Assembly: GCA_965216565.1 (NCBI GenBank) | Contig: OZ244170.1 | Location: 576,001-640,000 of the forward strand | From: Bythopirellula sp. | GTDB lineage: Bacteria > Planctomycetota > Planctomycetia > Pirellulales > Lacipirellulaceae | DNA length: 64,000 nt | Direction: 5' to 3' | Shown: positions 1 to 9,008 of the stretch, one piece after another | Numbering within the stretch: the stretch's first letter is position 1 | Layout: each line of letters begins with the position of its first letter | The notes under the pieces: model-generated | The model's input: the letters and a program-made list of their open reading frames with translations, nothing else | Database searches by the model: none | What the model was told of the DNA's origin: nothing | Position numbers and translations under genes: made by a program

Positions 1-1
1 A

Positions 2-181
2 AAGCTACGACGTCTGTTTGGTACAGGAGCAGCCGTTGTCTTCAAAGGGTCGGGCTTCTACCAGACCGACTATCGCAGCGAGTCGTACAATAAAGGTGCC
101 GAAAAAGATAAGAAAAAGACGGCAAAGAAGTCGACGGAAAAATCAGAGAAGAAATCGACACCCAAGAAAGACTCGGACTAG
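2..181 (+). CDS. FmdB-family zinc-ribbon protein, C-terminal part (5' end outside window)
   Basis: Manual translation of frame 2: KLRRLFGTGAAVVFKGSGFYQTDYRSESY plus a Lys-rich tail, TAG at 179-181. FKGSGFYxTDY is typical of the family. Not in the ORF track. Confidence 0.8.
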   Translation, partial: KLRRLFGTGAAVVFKGSGFYQTDYRSESYNKGAEKDKKKTAKKSTEKSEKKSTPKKDSD

Positions 182-238
182 CCCTGTTGATGGTTTAGCC
201 AGAGACAATGATTTTCTAGTACACAGTTGCAGCACGCT

Positions 239-451
239 ATGGAATGCCCAATCTGTAAAGGCGATTTTGAACCTGAGATCTCGGTGGCGATGCCATTTTG
301 CAGCGAGCGTTGTCGCTCAATTGATCTTGGACGCTGGTTAGGAGAGGAGTATAGCCTACCGCATGTGCCCGATCCGGAAGACGACGAAACTCCAGATGAG
401 GACTTTGCTTCAGGAATTGGCAGTGAATTCCCAGCCGAGCCTGGCGAATAA
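239..451 (+). CDS. yacG: DNA gyrase inhibitor YacG
   Basis: CPIC...PFCSERCRSIDLGRWLGEEY zinc-finger signature with acidic tail; ATG at 239. Confidence 0.9.
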   Translation: MECPICKGDFEPEISVAMPFCSERCRSIDLGRWLGEEYSLPHVPDPEDDETPDEDFASGIGSEFPAEPGE

Positions 452-561
452 TCAGCCGTGGGAATCAGCTAGGCTTCGCACTACGAGCCCTCTATAATGC
501 CGCTCGGTAAACTCGTCGTGAGCCCTCTTGAAGATAACCAGCCGTCCCGCTTGCAAAGATT

Positions 562-1854
562 ATGTCCCGAACATCAAGCTCTCCAGCTGGCGCATTGTAC
601 GAAATCCGCTACAGCGAAATCTGTCCCTGGCTAATCCTAGTCCGATCGCTCCGCGTTTCGTTACTCTTGCGAGTCCTAATGCTGGCCTTGCTGGGAGTAT
701 TTCTTACTCAATTAGGTTGGGTTTTGCTGGACCAAGTTTTTCCAGCGAGCGCCGCAGGTCTCGAGCCCATCACGAATCCGTCTGCAAGGGAAGTGTCCGG
801 GGGACCATTGTTGGTCTCTCCCGACGCGCCAGCGGGAATTGCTGAACTGCCTAAGCTTAGAGTTCGCGAAGCCATTCCGAAACGGCTGGCATTTGGTCCC
901 TTAGTTCGAGCTTGGGGATGGTTGACCAGTCCTTTTGTGCAGTCAACCTCTCAAGGGATTACCTGGGGAGAGTGTCTTGTACTGGTACTCAGTGGCTTGT
1001 GGGCAATCGCAGTCTGGGCAGTTTTTGGTGGAGCTATTTCGCGGATTGCGGCGCTCTATCTTACTCGCGGAGAAATGTTGGGGCCGGTGAAAGCCCTAGG
1101 GGCCGCAATTTCGAAGTGGCCTGGGACCGCCGGAGGACCAGTGATTTCACTCATCGTCGCGGCAGTGCTGGCTTTGCCTTTGGTGCTCACCGGTTTGTTG
1201 TTGCGGCTCGATTTGCTGGCACTGGTTGTAGGATTGCTGTGGTTTGTTGCACTCTGTTGGGGACTAATGCTTGCCGTCGTACTGCTTGGTCTTCTCCTCG
1301 GCTGGCCGTTGATGTGGGCCACCATTGGCGTCGAAAGAAGTGATGCATTCGATTCCGTCAGCCGTTGCTACGCCTATATCTACCAACGTCCCCTGCACTT
1401 GGTCTTCTATTTGGTTGTTGCTTCTCTGCTCGGTTTGCTGGGCGAATTGGCGGTGGAGTACTTCGTGGTTGCAGGGTCGACGCTCACAGATTGGACGACA
1501 AGCTGGGGGGCCGGAAACGAACGGCTAGCCCAACTCTCACTTGGCGAAGCAACGGACGGACCCCCTCTTAGTGGTACTGCCAGTACGGCTGCTATGTCGA
1601 TCCGCTTTTGGAAAGGAATGTTGCTTGCGATCGCTGCCTCCTATCCCTTGGCTTATCTTTGGAGCGCCACGGTTGGGATTTATCTCTTGCTGCGTCGGCA
1701 CGTCGACTCTACGGAAATGGACGAAGTCTGCCTAAGTGAACCTGAACCAGCGGTGGGACTGCCGCCACTCACGGCCCAAGATGGCGGAGTAGCTCAGGTA
1801 GATTCAACAGTAGAAGGCGACGCAGTAAATGAGACGCAGAGCGACGAGAACTAA
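562..1854 (+). CDS. Hypothetical multi-pass membrane protein
   Basis: 430-aa ORF with several long hydrophobic segments; no recognised motif. Confidence 0.7.
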   Translation: MSRTSSSPAGALYEIRYSEICPWLILVRSLRVSLLLRVLMLALLGVFLTQLGWVLLDQVFPASAAGLEPITNPSAREVSGGPLLVSPDAPAGIAELPKLRVREAIPKRLAFGPLVRAWGWLTSPFVQSTSQGITWGECLVLVLSGLWAIAVWAVFGGAISRIAALYLTRGEMLGPVKALGAAISKWPGTAGGPVISLIVAAVLALPLVLTGLLLRLDLLALVVGLLWFVALCWGLMLAVVLLGLLLGWPLMWATIGVERSDAFDSVSRCYAYIYQRPLHLVFYLVVASLLGLLGELAVEYFVVAGSTLTDWTTSWGAGNERLAQLSLGEATDGPPLSGTASTAAMSIRFWKGMLLAIAASYPLAYLWSATVGIYLLLRRHVDSTEMDEVCLSEPEPAVGLPPLTAQDGGVAQVDSTVEGDAVNETQSDEN

Positions 1855-1871
1855 GCCTAGGCTCTCCTAGC

Positions 1872-2228
1872 CTAGTCTCCCAGGAGCTGCGATATCAGGG
1901 CGGCCCCCTCGCGGTCCAATTGCCCACGGCTTACCACTAGATCGCATCCCGCGGCTTCTGCAGCTGCCAACAGCTTGGTGTGTACGTGTGGCCCACTAGC
2001 GACGATGCGAACGGCATCGTGTGCCTGGATGAGTTGTGCCCGCAAATCGTCAATGGCCAAGCTGGGCAACTTCAAGTCGACGATGGCTACTAATGTATCT
2101 TCGTTGCACTTTGCAGCCGCTGACGAGGGACTACTGGCTTGCGTGGCTTCCAGGTCGAGCGCACTTGCTATTCCCTGCAAACGAGAAACTAGCATTAAAT
2201 CAGCGCTAATGATCAAGAGTTGCGGCAA
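1872..2228 (-). CDS. Atypical stand-alone receiver (CheY-like) domain protein
   Basis: beta/alpha pattern LLIISAD...VAIVDL...IVASGPH; canonical acidic pocket and Lys are not evident. Confidence 0.55.
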   Translation of the reverse strand: MPQLLIISADLMLVSRLQGIASALDLEATQASSPSSAAAKCNEDTLVAIVDLKLPSLAIDDLRAQLIQAHDAVRIVASGPHVHTKLLAAAEAAGCDLVVSRGQLDREGAALISQLLGD

Positions 2229-2247
2229 AGGATTGTCCTTGTTGAAA

Positions 2248-2595
2248 TCAAACGGCGCCCGGTCCGCGCTGCCCGTCGCTTAGCTGGACCGTCTCCATGA
2301 CCGGCAGCACAAAGATTTTTCCATCGCCGATCGTGCCTTCATTGCCGGTGCGACTTGCTTTTTGAAGGCAATCGATTGTTCGTTCTAAAAAGTCCTCGTT
2401 CACAGCAATTTCAAGTTGCACTTTTCTGAGCAGATTCGTTTCGTATTCCGACCCGCGAAATGTTTCCTGCTGACCTCGCTGGCGTGCGAAACCGGTGGCA
2501 TCGCAGATACTCAACCGCGACACGCCGATTTGCTGCAGCGCCTGCCGAACCGATTCTAGTTTGGCGGGTTGTATTGTAGCGAGGATGAGTTTCAT
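2248..2595 (-). CDS. glnB: P-II family nitrogen regulatory protein (GlnB/GlnK)
   Basis: MKLILATIQP, T-loop GFARQRG...FRGSEY, GTIGDGKIFV. Confidence 0.92.
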   Translation of the reverse strand: MKLILATIQPAKLESVRQALQQIGVSRLSICDATGFARQRGQQETFRGSEYETNLLRKVQLEIAVNEDFLERTIDCLQKASRTGNEGTIGDGKIFVLPVMETVQLSDGQRGPGAV

Positions 2596-2738
2596 GAGTA
2601 TGCCCGAACGCGTCTAACGATGTCACTCGATTCAGGATAACTCTTTCGTAGCTAAATTGAAAATAGCTAATCAGCAGGCACCGCCCTGGCTATAGAACTA
2701 CGTTCGGCCGAGGCCTAACACAAGAGCTCGAGAGGAGC

Positions 2739-5429
2739 CTAGAGCGTAGTTTTTAACTGTTGCTCCACCCGTCTAACGATTTCGGCAAGATGCGCCCGGC
2801 TGTATGTGTCGAGGTGAGCACCGCTGTAGAGAAATTCGCTGCTCCGCTCCGATATATGCTTGAGCTGTAGCACTGCGATCGCTCGGCAGTCAGAAGGTAC
2901 CTCAACATCAGGGAGCAGTAAGGCTTCTAGGCGTTTAATCAATGCCATTTGAAGATTCCGCCGTAGGCTACTGATGGCCGGTTGGCGATTGGAGTATGCG
3001 GTGGTATCGCTTGATTGCAATTCAGCAAAGATGTCGTCTACCAACGTCTGCATCAATTCGGCCACCGTATAGGCATCTGCCTCGGCAGGAACCAATAGCT
3101 CCGAGTCGTGGAGCCTGGTGAGCGTCAATGGCGAGAGTAGTTTCTCAAGAATCCGATCTTGCCAATTGAGAACCGACTGATGGACGGGAAAGTCTGTTCG
3201 TTCGGCTATCTCATTCCCCCAATGGTTCCAATGCGTGGCCGCGAAATGATTGCAAAGTTGCAATGGCTTCTCATAGGGCTGATCGCTGAACATGTGACGA
3301 GAGAGCAGAGCCAAAGCGCGGCGCTGGACTTTGGCATCAACCACTTTGAACGGAGCTTCCGCTCCTGGATCGCCACGGTGAGAGTGTGTGGTGTGGATAC
3401 CGCCGATATACTTGGAGGCATTAAACATGGCACGCCCATGGGTGGCCATCATTACGCCGAATGCTTGACGGGCATGTTGATATCCATCGCCCTCAGAAGT
3501 GACGCGCTCGGTCAAACCATCCCAACTGTCGGCTACCAGCGCTGCTTGGTTCTCTGCAAAAGCGATCATATCGTCGCCAAAGTCATAGACCCCACTGTGC
3601 GGATCGGCATCGATACCACGGGTTTCTTCGTCCGTGGCATAGGCATGTCCGGGCTCGGCGCTTCTGGATGCAATGGCTTGGAGATAGGGACGCTCGCTAT
3701 AAGTACTTGAGGCATCAAACTGACGATACCCATATTCGATGGCCCAGTAGTCATAGGGTCCGATCGTGGGGGAGTAGTAACTATTCTGCTCGGGATTGTC
3801 TTTGACAAATAGCGCTGGCAGGTAATCCATTACGGAGCCTGCCAAGGGTAACGCCTGTTCGCTTGTGGAACGTGCGTGAGCATCTTTCAGCGAATAGAGG
3901 GTGCTGCCCTTGAAATTATGGCGAAGACCTAGGGTATGGCCCACTTCGTGCATGACAGTTTTCTTGATACCTTGAATAGTTAGTCGCTCAATCTCACGTT
4001 TCGATCGAGAACTGTGCGCGAGCACGGTGGAACTCATTGCTAGCTGGTGGGAAAAGCTGTGCTGACACCGGCACAAGGGACTATGCGAACGCGAACCACC
4101 ACGGGCAGATAGTTCGTGCTGGCGCCGCGAACTTGCCAAATCGACTGAGCCCCCGGTCATCAACGATACCCCTTCTGGCGAGAGGTATTCATACTTGCGT
4201 TTCCAGGTTTGCAAATAATCGGCATCGAAGACGATGTCGGCATCCAGGATCTGACCGGTCCGAGGGTTCACCCTGGTCGGTCCCATCGCGACAGAGAGCC
4301 CCGAGGTAATCCACCGAAATGTGTTGTAACGAATATCACCCGGATGCCAAGAAGCATCATCGGCCTGCTGACGGACAACGATCGCGTTGCGAATGCCGAT
4401 GCGTTCAAACGCCTTGTTCCACTCCAAGATGCCGGCGCGAATCGTTTCTCGGTATTTGTGTGGAACCGTCTTCTCGAGCCAGAATACAATCGGTTCTTTC
4501 GGCTCGGAAAGTTCCTGACGGGGATTCTTCTTCTCCAAGTGCCAGCGATTGATGTACCGCTCGAATCGATCTTCCTGGGAGGGGCTGGAGAAGTTTTTGG
4601 AAACCGATAGAAAATACCCAATTCGATCGTCTGCTAGACGAGGTTGGTAGTTGGACTGCGAGAGTCGGCTGATTGAGTAGTGCACGCGAATGGTCAGCGA
4701 CCGCGAGTCTGGTACTGCTTCCAAATCCGTGGTTCCGTCCGACGTATACGTGGCATCGACTTGTAGCTCAATATTCTTGGCAAAGCCCTGGACATTCGCC
4801 CACGAAGATTTCTCCGCACAAAACTCAAATCCCGGCAGCATTTTCTGGATGTTGGGTAGGTCGCTCAGATAGGCGTTTGAGAGGTCTACCAACAACGAAC
4901 CGTCACTCTTCTCGGCAACAATCGGCAGGGCAGTTAAAATACTATCGGAGTATGCCTCCTCAACAGCCATGGCCGCGGGACTGCCGGGGTCGGCCCGGTA
5001 ACGGACATTGCGACGGACAAAGTGAACTTTGTCACCGACTCGCCGGAACTGACAAACCCAATCGTTACCAAATTCCCAGGTGGCACCCGAGAACAAGGGA
5101 CGCTGGGCGATTCCGCGGGCAATACTAATTAGGACAAGGAGGTCCTGGTCGAGGTCGTGTGGGCTGAGGATAGCGTAAAGATGGCTATCTTTGCGGTACA
5201 ATGCGATGAATCCATCGTGCCGAGTGGAACCGGCAAGAATTGTGGCGAAATTGTGCGGGGTGATGCTTTGTTTGCCGGACTTGGACGAGCCAACAACTAC
5301 GGAAGTAAACGATCGGACAGAATTTCCGTTGGCGGCTTCCGCCGATGGGCACTGTGGAAAACCGGAGGGGAGTAAGATTCCGAATACCAGTAGGCGGAAT
5401 AGGCTTTGTCGGTTTCTTCCAAAGTGCAT
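2739..5429 (-). CDS. Secreted zinc-dependent metalloprotease (metzincin, DUF5117/DUF4953-like)
   Basis: Signal peptide; HEVGHTLGLRHN zinc motif; Met-turn SVMDY; PRLADDRIGYF. Confidence 0.88.
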   Translation of the reverse strand: MHFGRNRQSLFRLLVFGILLPSGFPQCPSAEAANGNSVRSFTSVVVGSSKSGKQSITPHNFATILAGSTRHDGFIALYRKDSHLYAILSPHDLDQDLLVLISIARGIAQRPLFSGATWEFGNDWVCQFRRVGDKVHFVRRNVRYRADPGSPAAMAVEEAYSDSILTALPIVAEKSDGSLLVDLSNAYLSDLPNIQKMLPGFEFCAEKSSWANVQGFAKNIELQVDATYTSDGTTDLEAVPDSRSLTIRVHYSISRLSQSNYQPRLADDRIGYFLSVSKNFSSPSQEDRFERYINRWHLEKKNPRQELSEPKEPIVFWLEKTVPHKYRETIRAGILEWNKAFERIGIRNAIVVRQQADDASWHPGDIRYNTFRWITSGLSVAMGPTRVNPRTGQILDADIVFDADYLQTWKRKYEYLSPEGVSLMTGGSVDLASSRRQHELSARGGSRSHSPLCRCQHSFSHQLAMSSTVLAHSSRSKREIERLTIQGIKKTVMHEVGHTLGLRHNFKGSTLYSLKDAHARSTSEQALPLAGSVMDYLPALFVKDNPEQNSYYSPTIGPYDYWAIEYGYRQFDASSTYSERPYLQAIASRSAEPGHAYATDEETRGIDADPHSGVYDFGDDMIAFAENQAALVADSWDGLTERVTSEGDGYQHARQAFGVMMATHGRAMFNASKYIGGIHTTHSHRGDPGAEAPFKVVDAKVQRRALALLSRHMFSDQPYEKPLQLCNHFAATHWNHWGNEIAERTDFPVHQSVLNWQDRILEKLLSPLTLTRLHDSELLVPAEADAYTVAELMQTLVDDIFAELQSSDTTAYSNRQPAISSLRRNLQMALIKRLEALLLPDVEVPSDCRAIAVLQLKHISERSSEFLYSGAHLDTYSRAHLAEIVRRVEQQLKTTL

Positions 5430-5610
5430 TGCTGCTTCCTAGGTTGAACCGCCGTGGCTATACGGGATGTCGCATGCCGGTGGTTAGAATTGCACCGATT
5501 GTGCTGCCCCTCTAAAACGAAGAGCAGCAATCGTGGCTTACTTCGAGGTACTAACTATTATTTCGACCCATTTGAGTCGGCGTTGTAACTGAGGTCCGGT
5601 AAAAGCAATT

Positions 5611-6612
5611 GTGCAGAGTTCGTATCCCGACGGATTGTTAGAATCGATACTGAGCGAGTGGTTCGACCATCTCGGCGAGGTGGAGATTCGTTCTCACAAC
5701 GATTCCCTGGCACTAAGCAATGCGCACGTTTGGCAGATTTGTTACCAAGAAACAACATATTGTCTCAAGTGCTGGCCCTGCGGTCTGTATTCCGAGCAAC
5801 AGTTAGAAGTGTGGCACGACTTGCTGAGGCACATTAACGCCAATGGTTTTCAAAAAGTTGCTCTGCCAACCATGGCCCGCTCGGGCTTGTCGGTCGTTTG
5901 CAAAAACAATGAACTTTGGGATCTAACTACTTGGTTGCCCGGGACTGCCTGCCCGCCTGAGGAGTGCGACGACCAGAAGCTGGATGAAATGCTGTGCTCT
6001 CTGGCGGAGTTCCATCAGGCAGCTTCTACTTTCCAGAAACCAATCATCGATGTATCCCCCGGTTTGCAGAAACGTCGCGAGATTCTGAGACATTTCTCCG
6101 CGGGCGGAAGCAGACAGTTGGAACTGGCACTTTCACAGTCGACCCCTCCGTGGCACGACTTGCTGCAAAAACTCTTTGCCGAGCTGTTGCGGGTAACACC
6201 AGGCATACTTAGCGAACTGAGTAGTATGGCTGACCGGGAACTCATCCAGCAGTGGTGTCTGCGAGATGTGAAGTGCGATCACATGCTACTGGAAGGCGGA
6301 CGCGTTAGTGGCATCGTGGACTACGGCGCGGCGAACGTGGATTCGGTGGCGTGCGATCTTGCACGTCTGGCGGGGAGTGTTCGTGGCGACCAGAAGTGCG
6401 ATTGGCAGTCGATCTTGGCCAGCTACGAATCGCACCGAACGCTCACGCCCGACGAGCGGGAACTAATCCCACTATTCCATGCGGGGGGGATAACTTCCGC
6501 ATCCGCCAACTGGCTTGGCTGGCTACTTCTAGAAAAACGGAACTTTCACCGGGCCAAGAATGTCCAACTTCGACTGAAATGGCTGCTTGCTTGCTTGAGA
6601 AATCTCCCGTAG
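5611..6612 (+). CDS. Aminoglycoside/homoserine-kinase type II-like phosphotransferase
   Basis: YCLK, LAEFH, RDVKCDHMLL...GIVDYG, DLARL kinase-like motifs. Confidence 0.7.
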   Translation: MQSSYPDGLLESILSEWFDHLGEVEIRSHNDSLALSNAHVWQICYQETTYCLKCWPCGLYSEQQLEVWHDLLRHINANGFQKVALPTMARSGLSVVCKNNELWDLTTWLPGTACPPEECDDQKLDEMLCSLAEFHQAASTFQKPIIDVSPGLQKRREILRHFSAGGSRQLELALSQSTPPWHDLLQKLFAELLRVTPGILSELSSMADRELIQQWCLRDVKCDHMLLEGGRVSGIVDYGAANVDSVACDLARLAGSVRGDQKCDWQSILASYESHRTLTPDERELIPLFHAGGITSASANWLGWLLLEKRNFHRAKNVQLRLKWLLACLRNLP

Positions 6613-6774
6613 CAAACTGCTAGCGAATTCCGGGCGAAACTGCGTCCTGGTCTCAATTGCCTAGCAAATGTGCTAGTTCTTACACACCTTTCACGCTTGC
6701 GGGCAGATAATATAAGGGTTTAACTTCGTACTGGTGGAACTTATCCCTCGATTGGTGTGCGGACCAGGGCGACG

Positions 6775-6804
6775 TTGACCCGATTTTTAAGGAACGGCTA
6801 CAAT
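6775..6804 (+). promoter_or_regulatory. Putative sigma-70 promoter of dsbD
   Basis: TTGACC-N18-TACAAT upstream of the 6870 start. Confidence 0.45.
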
Positions 6805-6869
6805 CCAATCTTCCACTGCTAGCGACAGGAAGTCGCTAGACTCGCCTGAATAGCGCAAAGGGTTCCGGG

Positions 6870-8972
6870 ATGATCGCTCACGCTTCGTCATATCGACGAA
6901 TGTTCTCCGTTTTGCTTAGCCTGCTCGCCTGTTTCGCAGCGCAGATCGCCGTTGCGCAGTTTGATGCGTTCGAAGGCCTTTCTGGATTAGGAGGCGACGA
7001 CGGCTCGACCGAGGTGAGTATCTCAGCGGAGTTGATTCCTTCCAAAGATGATTCACCGGCACAACTAGCAATTACGGCTGATATCCCTGAAGGCTTTCAC
7101 GTCTTTGCAATCGATCAGGGTGCTTTGCCCAATAATGGCGGTGGCCCGATGGCAACGGAGATCACTATCAACCCGGAGTCACCGGTCAAACTGCTTGGTA
7201 ATTGGCAACCCTCCGAGCCACCACACGTGCACATCGACCAAGAAGCTTGGGTTGGGTTGGAACTTCGCGAGCACGAGCAGCAGATTACCTGGACCGTTCC
7301 AGTTGAAGTAACTGGCGGAGGTGCAATCACCGGGTTGGTCCGTGGTCAATCGTGCAATCCCAACACCTGCATTCCTTTTAGACAGGAAATCAACATCACT
7401 GCCAGCTTGGGCACCGCAGCGTCTGGAAGCACGACGGCCAATGTGTCCTTGCAGAGCCCCAGCCATTCCATTGAAATTGGATCGCAATCGGCTACGAACG
7501 TGTCCGGCTACGACATCTCCAAGATTGAACTGAATGACTCGACCGAGCAATCAATCTGGTACTACCTAGTCTCGGCTTTCTTCGGAGGCATCATTCTCAA
7601 CATTATGCCCTGCGTGTTACCTGTGATTGGGCTCAAGGTGATGAGCTTCGTGCAGCAAGCGGGGCAAAGCCGCGCCCAAGCATGGGTGCTCAACTGTTGG
7701 TATTCCGCGGGGATCATTATTGTTTTCTTAATTCTGGCCAGCTTGGCTGTTAGCCTTCAACTCGGTTGGGGAGGCCAGTTTGGCAACGCCGGATTTAATC
7801 TCACATTGATTGCAATCGTATTTGCCATGGCCCTCAGCTTACTGGGTGTTTGGGACATTCCGATTCCTGGGTTTGTTGGAGGCAGCAAGGCGACGATGGC
7901 CGCAGAACGCGAAGGCCCAGCTGCGGCGTTCCTGAAGGGGGTGTTGACAACGATCCTAGCCACACCCTGTACAGGACCCTTGATGGCAGCAGCGTTGGCT
8001 TGGGCCGTGAAACAGCCTGCTTGGGTCACGTTCTCGGTATTCGGTACACTCGGACTCGGGATGGCTAGCCCCTATCTGTTGATCGGTGCGTTTCCCAGCC
8101 TGGTGAATTTTCTTCCCAAGCCCGGCCCCTGGATGGAAACTTTCAAGAAAGTCACAGGCTTCATACTGCTAGCTACGGTTGTTTGGCTGATGTCCTTCAT
8201 CGACTCGGCTCTGCTTGTTCCCACGGCGTTGATGCTGTTAGGGATTTCGATCGCCTGCTGGTGGGTTTCAAAGACTCCAATCACCGCCAGCCGATTGCAA
8301 AAGACTTATGCCTGGGCAACTGCTGGATTGCTAACGGTTGTTTCGGCACTGCTATCCTATGGGATCTTGCAGCCCATTATGGAGGAGCGATTCGAAGAGG
8401 AAGTAGCCGCTCACAGTGCGACACAAATTGAGCTGAAGAGCCAAGAGATTGCTCAACAGTTAGCGAATGTCGATTCGCTTGATCAATTGCAGGGAATCAT
8501 CTCTGAATTCGCAAAGGCTTCGACCAAGGACACCGGTAAACCTTGGCAACCCTTTACTAACGACAAGCTTTCCCGGATTGCTCTTAGTGAAGGTCGGACC
8601 GTCATGGTCGACTTCACTGCTGATTGGTGTGTGAGTTGCAAAGCACTCGAAAAGTATGTGCTGAAAACCGAACCCGTAGAGCAAGCTATCGATGCTGCCG
8701 ACGTGGTAACGATGGAAGCCGACTATACGGACGAACCTCCTGAGATGAAGGAAATGATCAAAGCCCTGGGTGGCATTGGCGTGCCACTCGTCGCTATCTT
8801 TCCTGCCTCGAATCCCTACCAGCCGATCGTGTTCTCCAACGGCCAGTACACGCAGCAAGATTTGATCGACGGGATCACTCAAGCAACGGGGCAAAGAATA
8901 GCTCCAGTAGCGGACGGCAATGCTACCCAGACCTCACTTTCCCAAGTGGCCGACCCGGAACCGCGGCTCTAG
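6870..8972 (+). CDS. dsbD: Thiol:disulfide interchange protein DsbD family
   Basis: N-domain CNPNTC, membrane MPCVLP and ATPCTGP, C-terminal thioredoxin DFTADWCVSCK. Confidence 0.9.
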   Translation: MIAHASSYRRMFSVLLSLLACFAAQIAVAQFDAFEGLSGLGGDDGSTEVSISAELIPSKDDSPAQLAITADIPEGFHVFAIDQGALPNNGGGPMATEITINPESPVKLLGNWQPSEPPHVHIDQEAWVGLELREHEQQITWTVPVEVTGGGAITGLVRGQSCNPNTCIPFRQEINITASLGTAASGSTTANVSLQSPSHSIEIGSQSATNVSGYDISKIELNDSTEQSIWYYLVSAFFGGIILNIMPCVLPVIGLKVMSFVQQAGQSRAQAWVLNCWYSAGIIIVFLILASLAVSLQLGWGGQFGNAGFNLTLIAIVFAMALSLLGVWDIPIPGFVGGSKATMAAEREGPAAAFLKGVLTTILATPCTGPLMAAALAWAVKQPAWVTFSVFGTLGLGMASPYLLIGAFPSLVNFLPKPGPWMETFKKVTGFILLATVVWLMSFIDSALLVPTALMLLGISIACWWVSKTPITASRLQKTYAWATAGLLTVVSALLSYGILQPIMEERFEEEVAAHSATQIELKSQEIAQQLANVDSLDQLQGIISEFAKASTKDTGKPWQPFTNDKLSRIALSEGRTVMVDFTADWCVSCKALEKYVLKTEPVEQAIDAADVVTMEADYTDEPPEMKEMIKALGGIGVPLVAIFPASNPYQPIVFSNGQYTQQDLIDGITQATGQRIAPVADGNATQTSLSQVADPEPRL

Positions 8973-9008
8973 TTTGCGGTTCCAGGTGTCGTCCTTTGAG
9001 ATAACTGT

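Noticed and set aside
18..341. ORF-track call 18-341
   Set aside because: Wrong frame; the region is better explained by the FmdB-like C-terminus (2-181) and yacG (239-451).
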